Notes: a model not told the origin generated them from the letters alone. Counted from the first letter of the stretch, positions 1 through 11,798 are shown. The stretch is DNA of 64,000 nt from an uncultured Thermoleophilia bacterium (GCA_963715985.1 CAVQSP010000015.1:64001-128000); one strand, 5' to 3'. Numbers and translations are program-made.

Positions 1-464
1 CCTCCCAAGACAGACGTGGTCGTCACTCTTGGTGTCGGGGATCCAGATGTGATCCGAAAAGTGGCCAAAAGCCTACGTAGATGGGCTTTTGTGCCGAGCG
101 GCGGAGCCACTGGCACGAGACGGCCGGCAGGTGTCTACACATCCCCCCGAAGGGGGAGGAGCAGGGCGAGGCCGAGGACGCTGAGCACGCTGGCGCGTAC
201 CTCAATGTGGTCCTCCCGGGTGCCCTCGCTTGTGCTGCCGTGACGCATCGTCCGGCAAGTGTACGTCAGGCGCGCGTGAGCACGCAAGCACTTGGCGATC
301 AGGGTGGCGGAAGTCCTGTCTCAGGCGCCCCCGCCGGGGAACCTCCAGCGCATCCGACTCGCAAGGAGGTGGGTCACGTGCCCAAGGTAGCGGCGCGCTT
401 CTCGCAGGCGCCGGCGGCCGCGACCGCGCCGGCCGAGGACCTCAAGAGCGCACATGTGCTCCGG

Positions 465-579
465 GGACACGCTCGGCTTCGAGGCCGATGACCTCGAGGC
501 GACGGTGGCAGGACTTCGTGCGAACGGCGTCACGTTCGAGGAATGCCACATCCTCTGCGTCCACCAGACGTTGACCTGA
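465..579 (+). pseudogene. Remnant of a VOC/glyoxalase-family gene
   Basis: Translates to ...LGFEADDLEATVAGLRANGVTFEEC..., resembling SFLVADVRETVRELRGRGVTFEEY in the intact VOC gene at 9207. No matching N-terminus. Confidence 0.5.
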
Positions 580-737
580 CGAGCTGCCGATCCACGGCCC
601 GGCCTCCGCAAGGCCCGCCGGGCCGCTCTCCCGGTCTGCGGCGGAGACGCGCGCCCGCCCGCCGCACGTGCGATTCTTGACTTTCTCCACCCGTGTGGAT
701 TAGGTCGGCGTATGACTCCGGGCCGCCCGCACCGCCG

Positions 738-2420
738 ATGAAGGACCTCCGCCTGCCCACACGCGCGGAGCTCCCCCACGACCTCCTTGCCGGGCTCACG
801 CTCAGCGTCACGCAGATCGGCCTCACCCTCGCGTACACCATCGTCGCCGGCGTGCCGCCCGTGCACGGGCTGTACGCCACCATGGTCGGCACGCCCGTGG
901 GAGCCCTCACCGCCAGCACGCAGCGCATGGCGATGGTCACCACGGCGGCGCTGAGCCTCACGGTGGGCGCCTCGCTGGCGGTGCTCCCGGCCGACCAGCG
1001 CGTCCCCGGCCTCCTCGTGCTGACCGTGCTCACGGGCCTCATGATGCTCGCCGCCGGCCTGCTGCGCGCGGGCGGCCTCACGCGATTCATCTCCAACGCC
1101 GTCATGGTGGGCTTCATGGCCGGCGTGGCGGTGCAGATCGTCCTCGGCCAGTTGGGCGCGCTCACGGGCTTCTCCAGCGACCAGCAGAACAGAGTGATGA
1201 AGGCCGTCGATCTGGCCGGCCACGCGGGCCAGATCGACCCGGCCACCACCGTCCTCGGCGTCACCACCATCGCGCTCATCCTGCTGCTCTCGCTCACGCG
1301 CGCCAAGCTGTTCGCGATGGCGGTGGCGCTGGTGGCGGGCACGGTGCTGGCCGTCCTGCCCGCCTTCTCTTCCGTCGCCGTCATCGGCGACATCGCGCCG
1401 ATCTCGGGGGGCTTCCCACTGCCGCACCTCCCCGATCTCGCCCTGGTGCCTCGACTTCTGATCCCGGCCCTCTCGCTCACGATCATCGGTCTCGTGCAGG
1501 GCGCCGGCATCAGCCGCGCCGTGCGCAACGCCGACGGCACCTCCGGCGACGTGTCTCGCGACTTCACGGCGCAGGGGCTTGCGAACCTCGCCGGCGGGTT
1601 CTTCGGCGGCGCCACGCTGGGCGGGTCCGTGGCGGCCACGTCCGTCAACATGCGCGCCGGCGCGAGGACGCGCTGGGCGGCCGTGTTCGCCGGGCTCATG
1701 CTCATCGCCCTCGTGCTCGTGGCCGCCCCTCTGGTGGCGGCCGTCCCCCAGGCGGTGACGGCCGGCATCGTCATCGTTGCCGCCGGCGGCGCCATCAAGC
1801 TGGTGGCCATGCGCGACATCTGGATGGCCGACAAGCTCTCGGCCCTGGTGATGGCCGTCACGTTCGCGCTCGTGCTCGTGATCCCGCTCGAGTACGCCGT
1901 CCTGGCCGGGACGGCGATCTCGGTGCTCAAGTACATCTACCTGGCGTCCGTGGACATCAAGGTGGTCCGCCTCGAGATCGACGAGCACGGCCGCGCCCGG
2001 GAGTGCGCGCCGCCGCGCACCCTCGAGAACGGCTCGGTCACCGTGATCGACATCTACGGCAGCCTCTTCTTCGCCGCGGGTCCGAAGGTCAGGGAGCTGC
2101 TGCCGGAGCCGGCCGGCGCGCGCCGCGCCGTGGTGGTGCTGCGTCTGCGCGGGCGCGGCACGCTGCACAGCGCCTCCCTGCAGCTGATCCGTGACTATGC
2201 TGCGTCCCTGGCCGCCGGAGGCGGGCGCCTCTTCCTCGCCGGCGTGGGCCCTGAGATGAAGGACCAGCTCGAGCGCACCGGTCTGCTGGCCGCGCTCGGC
2301 GAGGACGCCGTCGTCGAGGCCACTGAGACCGCCTACGGCTCCTGCCAGCTCGCGGAGAGGCGCGGGCAGGCCTGGGCCGCCCCAGGCTCCGGCGCGCCCG
2401 ACGGCCCCGCTCCGCCCTGA
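738..2420 (+). CDS. SulP family inorganic anion transporter with C-terminal STAS domain
   Basis: HDLLAGLT...AY.IVAGVPPVHGLY, GFMAGVAVQI, QGLANLAGGFFGG, and STAS motif IYGSLFFA. Many transmembrane segments. Confidence 0.92.
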   Translation: MKDLRLPTRAELPHDLLAGLTLSVTQIGLTLAYTIVAGVPPVHGLYATMVGTPVGALTASTQRMAMVTTAALSLTVGASLAVLPADQRVPGLLVLTVLTGLMMLAAGLLRAGGLTRFISNAVMVGFMAGVAVQIVLGQLGALTGFSSDQQNRVMKAVDLAGHAGQIDPATTVLGVTTIALILLLSLTRAKLFAMAVALVAGTVLAVLPAFSSVAVIGDIAPISGGFPLPHLPDLALVPRLLIPALSLTIIGLVQGAGISRAVRNADGTSGDVSRDFTAQGLANLAGGFFGGATLGGSVAATSVNMRAGARTRWAAVFAGLMLIALVLVAAPLVAAVPQAVTAGIVIVAAGGAIKLVAMRDIWMADKLSALVMAVTFALVLVIPLEYAVLAGTAISVLKYIYLASVDIKVVRLEIDEHGRARECAPPRTLENGSVTVIDIYGSLFFAAGPKVRELLPEPAGARRAVVVLRLRGRGTLHSASLQLIRDYAASLAAGGGRLFLAGVGPEMKDQLERTGLLAALGEDAVVEATETAYGSCQLAERRGQAWAAPGSGAPDGPAPP

Positions 2421-2511
2421 GGCCGGCCCGCACGGCCCGCTCTCGCATTCCGCGGGCCGCCGGGTATGGTCTAGGATGAAGGCGTCACGGAGGGTCTACG
2501 GGGGGGTCGAG

Positions 2512-4344
2512 ATGCGCGGACGCTGGCTCGTTGTGGCGGCGGTGTGTGCCGCAGCCTTGGCGCTGGCCGGCACGGCGCCGGCCTTCACGCCGCTCTGGTC
2601 CCAGCCCGTCAACGGAGCCGCGCGCCTCGTCGCCGCCCGGGGGGCCATGGTCGTCTGGGCCGCGGAGTCGGCGGGAAGCGTCGTGCTGCTCGGTCGTGCT
2701 TACGACGCCGCCGGGGAGCCCCTCGGCACTGAGCCCGTGGCGCTCGTGGACGGCGTCTCGGGTCTCACCGACTGGCTCGCGGCGCCCGCCCCCGGCGGCG
2801 ACGTGACGCTCGCGTGGAAGTCCGGCGGCGTGACCTACGTCGCACGCCGGACCGCCGCCGGTGCGCCCGTGTACGGCCCGGTCGCAGTGTGTTCCGACGA
2901 GGCGGTGGCCGCTGCCCGCGGCGCCGGGGCCACCGCGACGCCGGTCCTGCTTCTGGGCGACGGCGGCGGCGGCGCCTACGTCGTGCTGCAGGCCACGCCG
3001 TCGCAGGCCGGGGGCGACTCGCTGCTCACGCGCGTCTCGGCCGCGGGCGCGCTCGCTACCTCGTCACCGGGCCTGGCCGTCGCCAAGGGCACGGTCGCCG
3101 CCGCGGCCGCGGACGATCAGGACCACCTCTACGTGCTGCTGACCGGCCCAGGCCGCAACGGGGTCGCCGTGCAGCGGTACAACCCGGAGCTCGCGGCGGA
3201 CTGGCCCGCGCCCATACCGCCGTACAACCCGCTGGCGGGGTCGCCGTCGGCGGCGGCGCAGACGCCACTCACCCTCTACACGGCCGGCGCGACGGCCACG
3301 GCCGCGTGGCGCGAGGGCATCCTCGTCAAGCTGCAGCGATACACGCAGGCCGGGGAGCGCCTGTGGCTGCGCCCGGCCTCGGTGGAGGCCGGCGACGATG
3401 CTCAGGTGGCGGGCGACGGGGACCGCGGGTCCTATGTCGCATGGGCTGCCGGAGACGGGCTGCGGGTGCGGCACGTCCTTGGGGAGGGGACCGTTCTTGA
3501 GGCCGCCGAAGGGAGCTCGGTCGGCCTCGGCGCGACCGCGCCGCGCGTGGACGGTGTCAGCGGCGATCAGGCCGGTGACCTCTCGGTGGCCTTCAGCTCC
3601 GGAGGGTCCACCGGCGGCGTCGCCCAGATGACCTGCCTCGGCGCCTGGACGCTGCCTGCCTTCACCCCCGCGGCCGCCGCGTTCGCCGCGCTGCAGGGCG
3701 ATGGCGCCGGCGGCGCCTACGCCCTCGGCTCCGGCGACACCGCCCGCCTGTGGCACCTCGGAGAGGCCGGAGCGGCCCTCACCCTGCGGCCGCGGGCCGC
3801 CAGCGTCACCTACGGCGAGACCGTGAAGATCGCCGGCTACCTGACGCAGGACGGGGCGCCCATCGCCGGCGCGACCGTAAGGCTGGCGCCGGCTGGCGGC
3901 CCGACTGCGTCCCTGGTGACCGACGCGGACGGTCTGTACTCGACGGCGGTCAAGCCGGAGGCGAGCGCCTCATGGACGGCGTCGGCGACGGGCCCGGCCG
4001 GCCAAGCGATCGTCAGCGATCCGTCCCCGGTCATCTCCGTGGCGCCGAACGTGAGCCTGTCGCTCGGCAACATCCCTTCCGGCGGCGGGTACGTCGAGAT
4101 CTTCTCCGGCGAGGTGGAGCCGCACCACGCGGGCAGCCAGGTGCTGGTCCAGCGCAAAGTGGGTGACGCCTGGAAGACGATCTCCTCCGGCAAGCTGAAC
4201 GGCGCCTCGAAGTACCGCGTGACCTGGCGCCTGCCGCTGGTCGCCGCCACGTACCTGTTCCGCACCGTGCTGCCGGCGCACGCCGACCACGCCGCCGGCG
4301 TGTCGCGCACGGCCCGTCTGCGGGTGGTGATCGGGCCGGCCTGA
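2512..4344 (+). CDS. Secreted beta-rich hypothetical protein with C-terminal Ig/carboxypeptidase-regulatory-like domains
   Basis: Signal peptide MRGRWLVVAAVCAAALALAGTAPA, repeated xGDGxGGAY motifs, GAPIAGATVRL...TDADGLY motif. Confidence 0.7.
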   Translation: MRGRWLVVAAVCAAALALAGTAPAFTPLWSQPVNGAARLVAARGAMVVWAAESAGSVVLLGRAYDAAGEPLGTEPVALVDGVSGLTDWLAAPAPGGDVTLAWKSGGVTYVARRTAAGAPVYGPVAVCSDEAVAAARGAGATATPVLLLGDGGGGAYVVLQATPSQAGGDSLLTRVSAAGALATSSPGLAVAKGTVAAAAADDQDHLYVLLTGPGRNGVAVQRYNPELAADWPAPIPPYNPLAGSPSAAAQTPLTLYTAGATATAAWREGILVKLQRYTQAGERLWLRPASVEAGDDAQVAGDGDRGSYVAWAAGDGLRVRHVLGEGTVLEAAEGSSVGLGATAPRVDGVSGDQAGDLSVAFSSGGSTGGVAQMTCLGAWTLPAFTPAAAAFAALQGDGAGGAYALGSGDTARLWHLGEAGAALTLRPRAASVTYGETVKIAGYLTQDGAPIAGATVRLAPAGGPTASLVTDADGLYSTAVKPEASASWTASATGPAGQAIVSDPSPVISVAPNVSLSLGNIPSGGGYVEIFSGEVEPHHAGSQVLVQRKVGDAWKTISSGKLNGASKYRVTWRLPLVAATYLFRTVLPAHADHAAGVSRTARLRVVIGPA

Positions 4345-4392
4345 CCTGCACGCTGCAGGCCGGCCCGATCACCGCTCCTCACATGGGCTCGG

Positions 4393-5994
4393 TCAGAGCT
4401 CGGCCCTGCGCCCGTCCGCGAGCCCGCAGCTCTCGACCAGCTTCGCGAGCTGCTCGGCGCTCAGCGGGTCGTCGAGCGTGACGGCCATGACGGCCTTCTG
4501 GTCCTTGACCTCGCGGCCCACGCCCATCTGTCCGATGTTGATGCCGAACTCGCCGAGCCTGGTCCCGATCTTGCCGATCATGCCGGGCACGTCGGCGTAG
4601 CGCAGGAAGACCATGTGCGGCGCCGGCTCGATGTCCACGTCCTGGCGGTACACCTTGACGAGACGGGGCCGGTGCTTTGGCCCCAGCGTAGTACCGGACA
4701 CCGAGAGCTCACCCTGCGCGTCGTGGGTCGTCACCGTGATGAGGTTGAGGAAGTCCACCGCGGCCGGCTGCTTGCTCTCTTTGGCGGTGATGCCGCGCTC
4801 CTCGGCGATGCTCTGCACGTTGACGAAGTTGACCGGCCCGTCGACCTTGTCGGCGAGCACGCCCTGGAGCACGCCCAGCGTGAGGATGCGCGTGTCGTAG
4901 CGGGCGATGCCGCCGCCGTACGCGATCTCGAAGGCGTCCACGGGGCCGTCGGCGATCTGCACGATGAGCTTGCCGAGCTGCTCGCAGAGCCCGAGGAACG
5001 GCATCAGCTCGTCGGCGTCCTCACCGGGGGCGAGCGGGATGTTGACGGCGTTGCTGGCGAACTCGCCCTTGAGCACCGCCGCCACCTGCTCCGCGATGAT
5101 CATGCCGGCGCGCAGCTGCGCCTCCACCGTGCTGGCGCCGAGGTGCGGCGTCGCGACCACGCTGTCGTACTTGAACAGCGGGCTCTCGGTGGTCGGCTCC
5201 TTGGGGTACACGTCCACGGCCGAGGCGGCGACCTTGCCGCTCTCGATGGCGCGCGCCCAGGCGTCCTCGTCGATGATGCCGCCGCGCGCCACGTTGATGA
5301 CGCGCACGCCGTCCTTCATCTTGGCGAACTCGTCGTCGCCGATGAACCCGAGGGTCTCGGCGTTCTTGGGCAGGTGCACCGTGATGAAGTCGGCCTCGCG
5401 GTAGATCTTGTCCGGGCTGTCCGCGCGCTCGAGGCCGAGCTCGTGGAACTTCTCGGCCGGCACGAACGGGTCGTAGGCGAGCACGTTCATGCCCAGGCCG
5501 CGGGCGTCCTCGGCGACGAGGAACCCGATGCGGCCGAGGCCGATGATGCCCAGCGTCTTGCCGCGCACCTCGACGCCGCCCTTGCCCCACTTGCCCTTGG
5601 CCCAGTCGCCGTTCTTGAGGTCGGCGTGGGCCTGCGCGAGGTTGCGGGCGCAGGCCATGAGCAAAGCGATCGTCTGCTCGGCGGCGGAGAGCACGTTGCT
5701 CTGCGGCGCGTTGACGACGATGACGCCGCGCTTGGTGGCCTCTTTGACGTCGATGTTGTCGACGCCGACACCGGCGCGGCCTACCACCTGCAGGTTGGTG
5801 CCGGCCTGGATCACGTCCGCGGTCACCTTGGTGGCCGAGCGGATGATGAGGCCGTGGTACTCGGGGATGCGCCTGAGCAGCTCGTCGGCGTCCCACTCGG
5901 TGCCGATGTCCACCTGGAAGCCGAGGTCCTCGAGGTACTTGACGCCTTCGGGGGCCAGCTTCTCCTTCACCAGGACTTTCTTCTGTTCGGTCAT
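4393..5994 (-). CDS. serA: D-3-phosphoglycerate dehydrogenase (type I, ASB+ACT)
   Basis: IIRSATKVT, GRAGVGVDNID, GLGRIG, INVARGG, DVYPKEP, TPHLGAST, ACT motif DVPGMIG. Confidence 0.96.
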   Translation of the reverse strand: MTEQKKVLVKEKLAPEGVKYLEDLGFQVDIGTEWDADELLRRIPEYHGLIIRSATKVTADVIQAGTNLQVVGRAGVGVDNIDVKEATKRGVIVVNAPQSNVLSAAEQTIALLMACARNLAQAHADLKNGDWAKGKWGKGGVEVRGKTLGIIGLGRIGFLVAEDARGLGMNVLAYDPFVPAEKFHELGLERADSPDKIYREADFITVHLPKNAETLGFIGDDEFAKMKDGVRVINVARGGIIDEDAWARAIESGKVAASAVDVYPKEPTTESPLFKYDSVVATPHLGASTVEAQLRAGMIIAEQVAAVLKGEFASNAVNIPLAPGEDADELMPFLGLCEQLGKLIVQIADGPVDAFEIAYGGGIARYDTRILTLGVLQGVLADKVDGPVNFVNVQSIAEERGITAKESKQPAAVDFLNLITVTTHDAQGELSVSGTTLGPKHRPRLVKVYRQDVDIEPAPHMVFLRYADVPGMIGKIGTRLGEFGINIGQMGVGREVKDQKAVMAVTLDDPLSAEQLAKLVESCGLADGRRAEL

Positions 5995-6009
5995 GTCACA
6001 TCACCCTTC

Positions 6010-7170
6010 TCAGAGCAAGACGGTGCTCTGCATGAACACCTGCTCGGCGGCGCCCACAGAGGCGCCGAACTTGACGTCGTACCCGAGCTCGGCAAGCACC
6101 ATCTCCACGGTGCTCAGGCCGACGACGATGTCGCTGTGGCCGAAGTAGCCGCAGTGGCCGAAGCGGAAGATCTTGCCTTTGACGGCGCCCTGGCCGCCGG
6201 CCAGCCACACGCCGTACTTGTCGCGGGCGATCTTGCCGATCTTGCCGCCGTCGACGCCCTCGGGCACCTTGACCGCGGTCACGGAGTTCGCCTCCGGGTC
6301 CTCGACGGCGAAGAGCTCGAGGCCGAGCGCCTTGACGCCCTCGCGTGCGGCCTTGCCGAGCACGCGATGGCGCTCGAACACGTTCTGCAGGCCCTCTTCC
6401 TTGATGAGGTCGATGGCGGCGTTTTGCGCGACCATCAGATTGACGGCCGGAGTGTAGGGAGTCTGGGCGGAGTCGCCGGTCATCTTCTTGCGCATCGCGA
6501 CGAAGTCGAAGTAGAAGCGCGGCGTGGTGCACGTGTCGATCACGGCCCACGCCTTCTCGCTGACGGCCGCATAGGCCAGGCCCGGCGGCACCATGAGCGC
6601 CTTCTGGGAACCGGCCACGCAGATGTCGACCTTCCACTCGTCGGTCTTCAGGTCGCTGGCGCCGAGGCCGCTGATCGCGTCCACGACCAGGATCGCGGGG
6701 GTCCCGGCGACGATCTCGCCGATGGCCTTGATGTCGTTGACGACACCGGTGGACGTCTCGCTGTGCTGCACGAACACGGCCTTGATGGCCGGGTCGGCGG
6801 CGAGCGCCTTCTCGATGTCGGCCGGGTCGGCCTTGGTGCCCCACGCGTAGTCGAGCGCGGTGACCTCGGCGCCCCACGTGGCGTTGAGCTTCTTCCAGCG
6901 CTCGCCGAAGTTGCCGACGGACGCGACGAGGACGTGGTCGCCCGCGTTCACGACGTTGGTGACGGCGGCCTCCATGGCGCCGGTGCCGCTGGCGGCGTAC
7001 ACCATGATGTCGTTCTCGGTCTGGTAGATGTACTTCATGCCCGCGACGACCTGCGTGAGGATCTCGGTGAAGCGCGGCGCGCGGTGATGGATGACGGGCT
7101 CGGCGAGGGCGGAGAGCACCTCCGGCGGGACGGGAGTCGGGCCGGGAGTGATCAGGAAGCGCTTCTGCAT
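6010..7170 (-). CDS. Class V PLP aminotransferase (serine-pyruvate/alanine-glyoxylate family; probably supplies phosphoserine aminotransferase activity)
   Basis: LITPGPTPVP, ASGTGAMEA, HSETSTGV, VDAIS, GSQKALMVPPG. Ends 15 bp before serA starts. Confidence 0.92.
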   Translation of the reverse strand: MQKRFLITPGPTPVPPEVLSALAEPVIHHRAPRFTEILTQVVAGMKYIYQTENDIMVYAASGTGAMEAAVTNVVNAGDHVLVASVGNFGERWKKLNATWGAEVTALDYAWGTKADPADIEKALAADPAIKAVFVQHSETSTGVVNDIKAIGEIVAGTPAILVVDAISGLGASDLKTDEWKVDICVAGSQKALMVPPGLAYAAVSEKAWAVIDTCTTPRFYFDFVAMRKKMTGDSAQTPYTPAVNLMVAQNAAIDLIKEEGLQNVFERHRVLGKAAREGVKALGLELFAVEDPEANSVTAVKVPEGVDGGKIGKIARDKYGVWLAGGQGAVKGKIFRFGHCGYFGHSDIVVGLSTVEMVLAELGYDVKFGASVGAAEQVFMQSTVLL

Positions 7171-7357
7171 CGGTGGTCCTTTCGTGTGCCGGCGGCGGCC
7201 GCAGCGTGGTCGGCCGGCGGTGTGGACAGACGGTGAAGGCGGCATTCTAGCCGCCTTGCACGGGAGTTCACAAGCAGGACGATCGGGGTATCGTGAGGCG
7301 CGGCAGCAGACGCACGGGCCGGAGACGGAGAGGGGCTTCGTGGTGAGGTGCGGGAGC

Positions 7358-7404
7358 CGGCTGGAGCGGGCGGGGCGGTGAGACCGCCCCGCCCGCTCCA
7401 GCCG
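7358..7404. terminator. GC-rich hairpin downstream of second serA
   Basis: cggctggagcgggcggggcggt-gag-accgccccgcccgctccagccg, a perfect stem. Confidence 0.6.
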
Positions 7405-7489
7405 TCACGACGGGCGATGTGAAGACTCTCGCATGGGTGGGATGATAGCGGACCGCCCGCGAGGGTGTCCAGCCGACCCGCCCCGCAGC

Positions 7490-9053
7490 CTAGAGCTCTA
7501 CCGCCCGCGCCAACACGAGGCCGCAGGCGCCGACCAGCTCGTCCGCCTGGGCCGGCGTGAGCGGCTGGTCGAGCGTGAGCGCCATGACGGCCTCGTCGCC
7601 GAGCCTGCCCCTGCCGACCGACATGTGGGCGATGTTGACCCGCCACTCGCCGAGCAGCGTTCCGACCTTGCCGCCGATGCCGGCCGCGTCCACATAGCGC
7701 AGTACCGCCATGTGGGCGGCGGGCTCGATGTCCACGTCCTCGCCGAACACACGGACCAGGCGAGGCTTGTGCGCCGGGCCCAGCGACGTGCCGGCCACGG
7801 TCACGCCGCCACCGGTCACCGTGATGAGTCGCGGGAAGTCCGGTATCTCCGACTGGCGCTGTTCCGCGGCCGTCACGCCCAGGTCGCGGGCGAGACCCTG
7901 GGCGTTGACGAAGTTCACCGGGCCGCCCGCGCGATCGGCGAGCACACCGCCGAGCACACCGAGGGTGAGCAGGCCGGTGTCGAAGTAGGAGATGCTGCCC
8001 CCGTACGTGATGTCCACGGCATCCACCGTGCCGTCGGCGAGCTGCACGAGCAGACGCCCGAGCTGGTCGCACAGCGGCACGTAGGCCATGAGCTCCGCGG
8101 CGTCGTCGCCGGCCGCCACCGGCACGTTGACGACGCCTGCGGGGAACCTCCCGCAGCAGAGCATCGGCGACCGCCTCGGCCACGCTGGTCCCGGCGCGCA
8201 CACGGGCGTCGACCGTGGCTGCGGCCAGGTGGGCCGTGAGCAGCACGTTGGCCGTGTGTGCCAGCGGGTCCGAGGACGGCGCCTCGTCGGCCGAGACCTC
8301 CACGGCAGCCGCCGCCACGTGTCCGCTCTCGAGGGCGCGCACGAGCGCCGCCCGGTCCAGTGCGTCGGGACCAGACAGGCAGACCACCCGCACGCCCGGC
8401 TTGAGGGCCGCGAACTCCGCGTCCCCGAACAGGCCGGCCCCGGCGGGCAGCTGCACCACGAGGAAGTCGGCCTCCGCGTACACCTGCTCGGGCTCCATAC
8501 GCTCGAGCGGCGCGTCGGCCGCCGTCGCGGCGCCGCGCGGGTCACACGCGAGCACCGTCATGCGCAGGGCGCGAGCGGCCTCGGCGAGCAGCGGCGAGCT
8601 CGCACCGAGGCCCACCAGACCGAGCGTCTTGCCGCGCAGTTCCACGCCAGAGTCCGTCCAGCGGTCCTTGAGCCAGCGCCCGTCGCGCAGGTCGGCGTCG
8701 GTGCTCGCAAGGTCGCGCGCGGAGGCCAGCAGCATCGCCAACGCCTGCTCCGCCTCCGAGACCGCGTTGCTGTGCGGCGTGTGGACGACGAGCACGCCGC
8801 GCCGCGTGGCCTCCTCCACGTCCACCCCGTCGACCCCGGCGCCGGCGCGGCCGACGACCCTGAGCCGCCGCCCCGCCCGCACCACCTCGGCGGTGACCGG
8901 CGTGTCGGGGCCTACGACGAGCGCGTCGGCGTCGGCCACCAGGCCCACCAACTCGTCGTCTCCGGCGACCTGCACGCGGCTGACGCCGAGCCCGTTGTTC
9001 TCCAGCGAAGCGACGCACTCGTCGGCGACGTCGCCCAGGACCACGACCCTCAT
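7490..9053 (-). CDS. Divergent SerA paralog (one apparent frameshift near 8150; catalytic motifs altered)
   Basis: GRAGAGVDGVDVEEATRRG, GVELRGKTLG and the ASB/ACT tail (GPAHKPRLVRVFGEDVDIEPAAHM) are collinear with serA. Split over ORFs 7152..9134 and 7490..8545. Confidence 0.85.
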
Positions 9054-9140
9054 GCTCGCGATCATCTCACGCCCCAATCCAGAGTGACGGCCATCTCCCG
9101 GCAAGGCTAGACCACACCGCCCGTCGCAGTCCACCGCCCC

Positions 9141-9186
9141 GCATACGGAGTGATTCGGTATTCAAGAGGGAATCACTCCCGTATGC
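9141..9186. promoter_or_regulatory. Inverted repeat in the divergent intergenic region between the second serA and the VOC gene
   Basis: gcatacggagtgattc ... gaatcactcccgtatgc, a 16-bp stem with one bulge, ending just before the VOC RBS (aaggag). Confidence 0.45.
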
Positions 9187-9206
9187 CATCAACAAGGAGC
9201 GACTAG

Positions 9207-9617
9207 ATGAGCTTCAAGGATTCCTCCATAATGCCGGTCCTCGCCGTCGATGATCTCGAGCGCGCGAAGGCCTTCTATAGCGACAAGCTCGGCTTCCGCG
9301 TGCGTGAGGACGACTCCATGCCGGGCGGCGCTGTGGTCGAGGTAGGGTCGAGCTCCTACATCTTCCTCTACACGACCGAGTTCAAGCGCGGCGAGAACAC
9401 CGTCGCCTCGTTCCTGGTCGCGGACGTCAGGGAGACGGTGCGCGAGCTTCGCGGGCGCGGCGTGACCTTCGAGGAGTACGACCTCCCCGGCCTCAAGTCC
9501 GAGGACGGCGTCGTCACCATCAGCGAGGGCAACGAGGGCGCCTTCTTCAAAGACAGCGAAGGCAACACCATCGCAGTCTCGACCGACTTCACGGAGGCCT
9601 TGCGCAAGGCCGCCTGA
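9207..9617 (+). CDS. VOC/glyoxalase family protein
   Basis: LAVDDLERAKAFYSDKLG, FKDSEGNTI. Clear AAGGAG RBS. Confidence 0.92.
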   Translation: MSFKDSSIMPVLAVDDLERAKAFYSDKLGFRVREDDSMPGGAVVEVGSSSYIFLYTTEFKRGENTVASFLVADVRETVRELRGRGVTFEEYDLPGLKSEDGVVTISEGNEGAFFKDSEGNTIAVSTDFTEALRKAA

Positions 9618-9640
9618 CACGTCTGAGTCGTCGGACGAGA

Positions 9641-9681
9641 ACGGGGCGGCGGGGAGCGCGATGCGCTCCCCGCCGCCCCGT
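9641..9681. terminator. Bidirectional hairpin between convergent VOC and ilvC
   Basis: acggggcggcggggagcgc-gat-gcgctccccgccgccccgt, a perfect stem. Confidence 0.7.
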
Positions 9682-9702
9682 CACATCGGGCGTGACGATG
9701 GC

Positions 9703-10707
<1,005 letters not shown>

Positions 10708-10940
10708 GCGGTCTCTCCTCCTCTGGACGGCCCCCACGGGCCGGGTCACTCCGAACGATGAACTTTACTTCGTCGGAGCGTCACCGGCAATTCGCGAGGC
10801 GCGGACGACGCCGCGATCGCAGACGCCCCGTCCTCAGGCTTGTGGAGAGCGCTGGTGCCGGCGACGTGATCCTCGATTCACGAGAGGCCGACCCCGCCGC
10901 GCGGATCTTCGGCATCACGACGTTCGATCCGGGCTGAGCC

Positions 10941-11798
10941 TCACCACGGGACTGCGGTCGCTTTCACCATGCCGGCATAGAAGGTGCCGTCCTCGCCGAG
11001 CAGCAACAAGCTGGTCTCGGCGGGCAGATCCGTCGTCGTCACGGTCACGGAGACCTTGGGGGAGAAGAGCAGCGGCCAGCGCTGCTCGGCCTCCTGTACC
11101 GCCTCGAGGCTCGAGTGCGTCTGGACGATGAGCCGTGGCTTCACCTGCTCCATGAGGTCGAAGCCCTTCTTGTTGTCCACGTCCATCTGGCTGAACGAGT
11201 TCTCGAACTGCATGACGGCGATGTCCACGTCGCCGATCGCCTCGAGCTGCTCCGGCGTCAGCGAATCCTGGCCGAGGTCGCCGAAGTGGACGATGCGCAT
11301 GCCTCCCATGTCGATGACGAAGATGTAGTCGCTGCCTCCCTCCGGCACGATGGGGTCGCCCTGGGAGTGAGCCGCGGGAATGGAGAGGATCCTCGCCGCG
11401 GAGGTGTCCAGCTCGCCGGCCTTCACGAAGAGCTGCTCGCCGGGGAAGTCGGCGCGGAAGTCGGCAGACACGTGGTCGTCGTGCGCGTGCGTGGTGAGCA
11501 GCACGTCTTCAGACGTAGCCGGCGCGGACAGCGCCTCCGGGTTCCAGACGTCGACGAGGACGCGGGCGCCGCCGTTCGCGCTCAGCTCCACCTGGGCGTT
11601 GCCCCCGTAGCCGATCGTCACCGCGCCGGAGGAAGAACCCGGAACGGGTGTGGCCGGAGCGGAGGCCGGCGCTGACGAAGCCGTCGAGCCGGCTGAGGCA
11701 GGCTCACCTCCGCCGACCTGCCCTCCTCCGCAGCCCGCCGCCAGAGCGGCCAGCGCCAGCAGCGCCCAAGTCGCGACCGCCATGCACTGCACCTTCAC
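10941..11798 (-). CDS. Lipoprotein, MBL-fold metallo-hydrolase
   Basis: Lipobox LAAGC, THAHDDH metal motif, HFGDLG. Confidence 0.85.
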   Translation of the reverse strand: MKVQCMAVATWALLALAALAAGCGGGQVGGGEPASAGSTASSAPASAPATPVPGSSSGAVTIGYGGNAQVELSANGGARVLVDVWNPEALSAPATSEDVLLTTHAHDDHVSADFRADFPGEQLFVKAGELDTSAARILSIPAAHSQGDPIVPEGGSDYIFVIDMGGMRIVHFGDLGQDSLTPEQLEAIGDVDIAVMQFENSFSQMDVDNKKGFDLMEQVKPRLIVQTHSSLEAVQEAEQRWPLLFSPKVSVTVTTTDLPAETSLLLLGEDGTFYAGMVKATAVPW

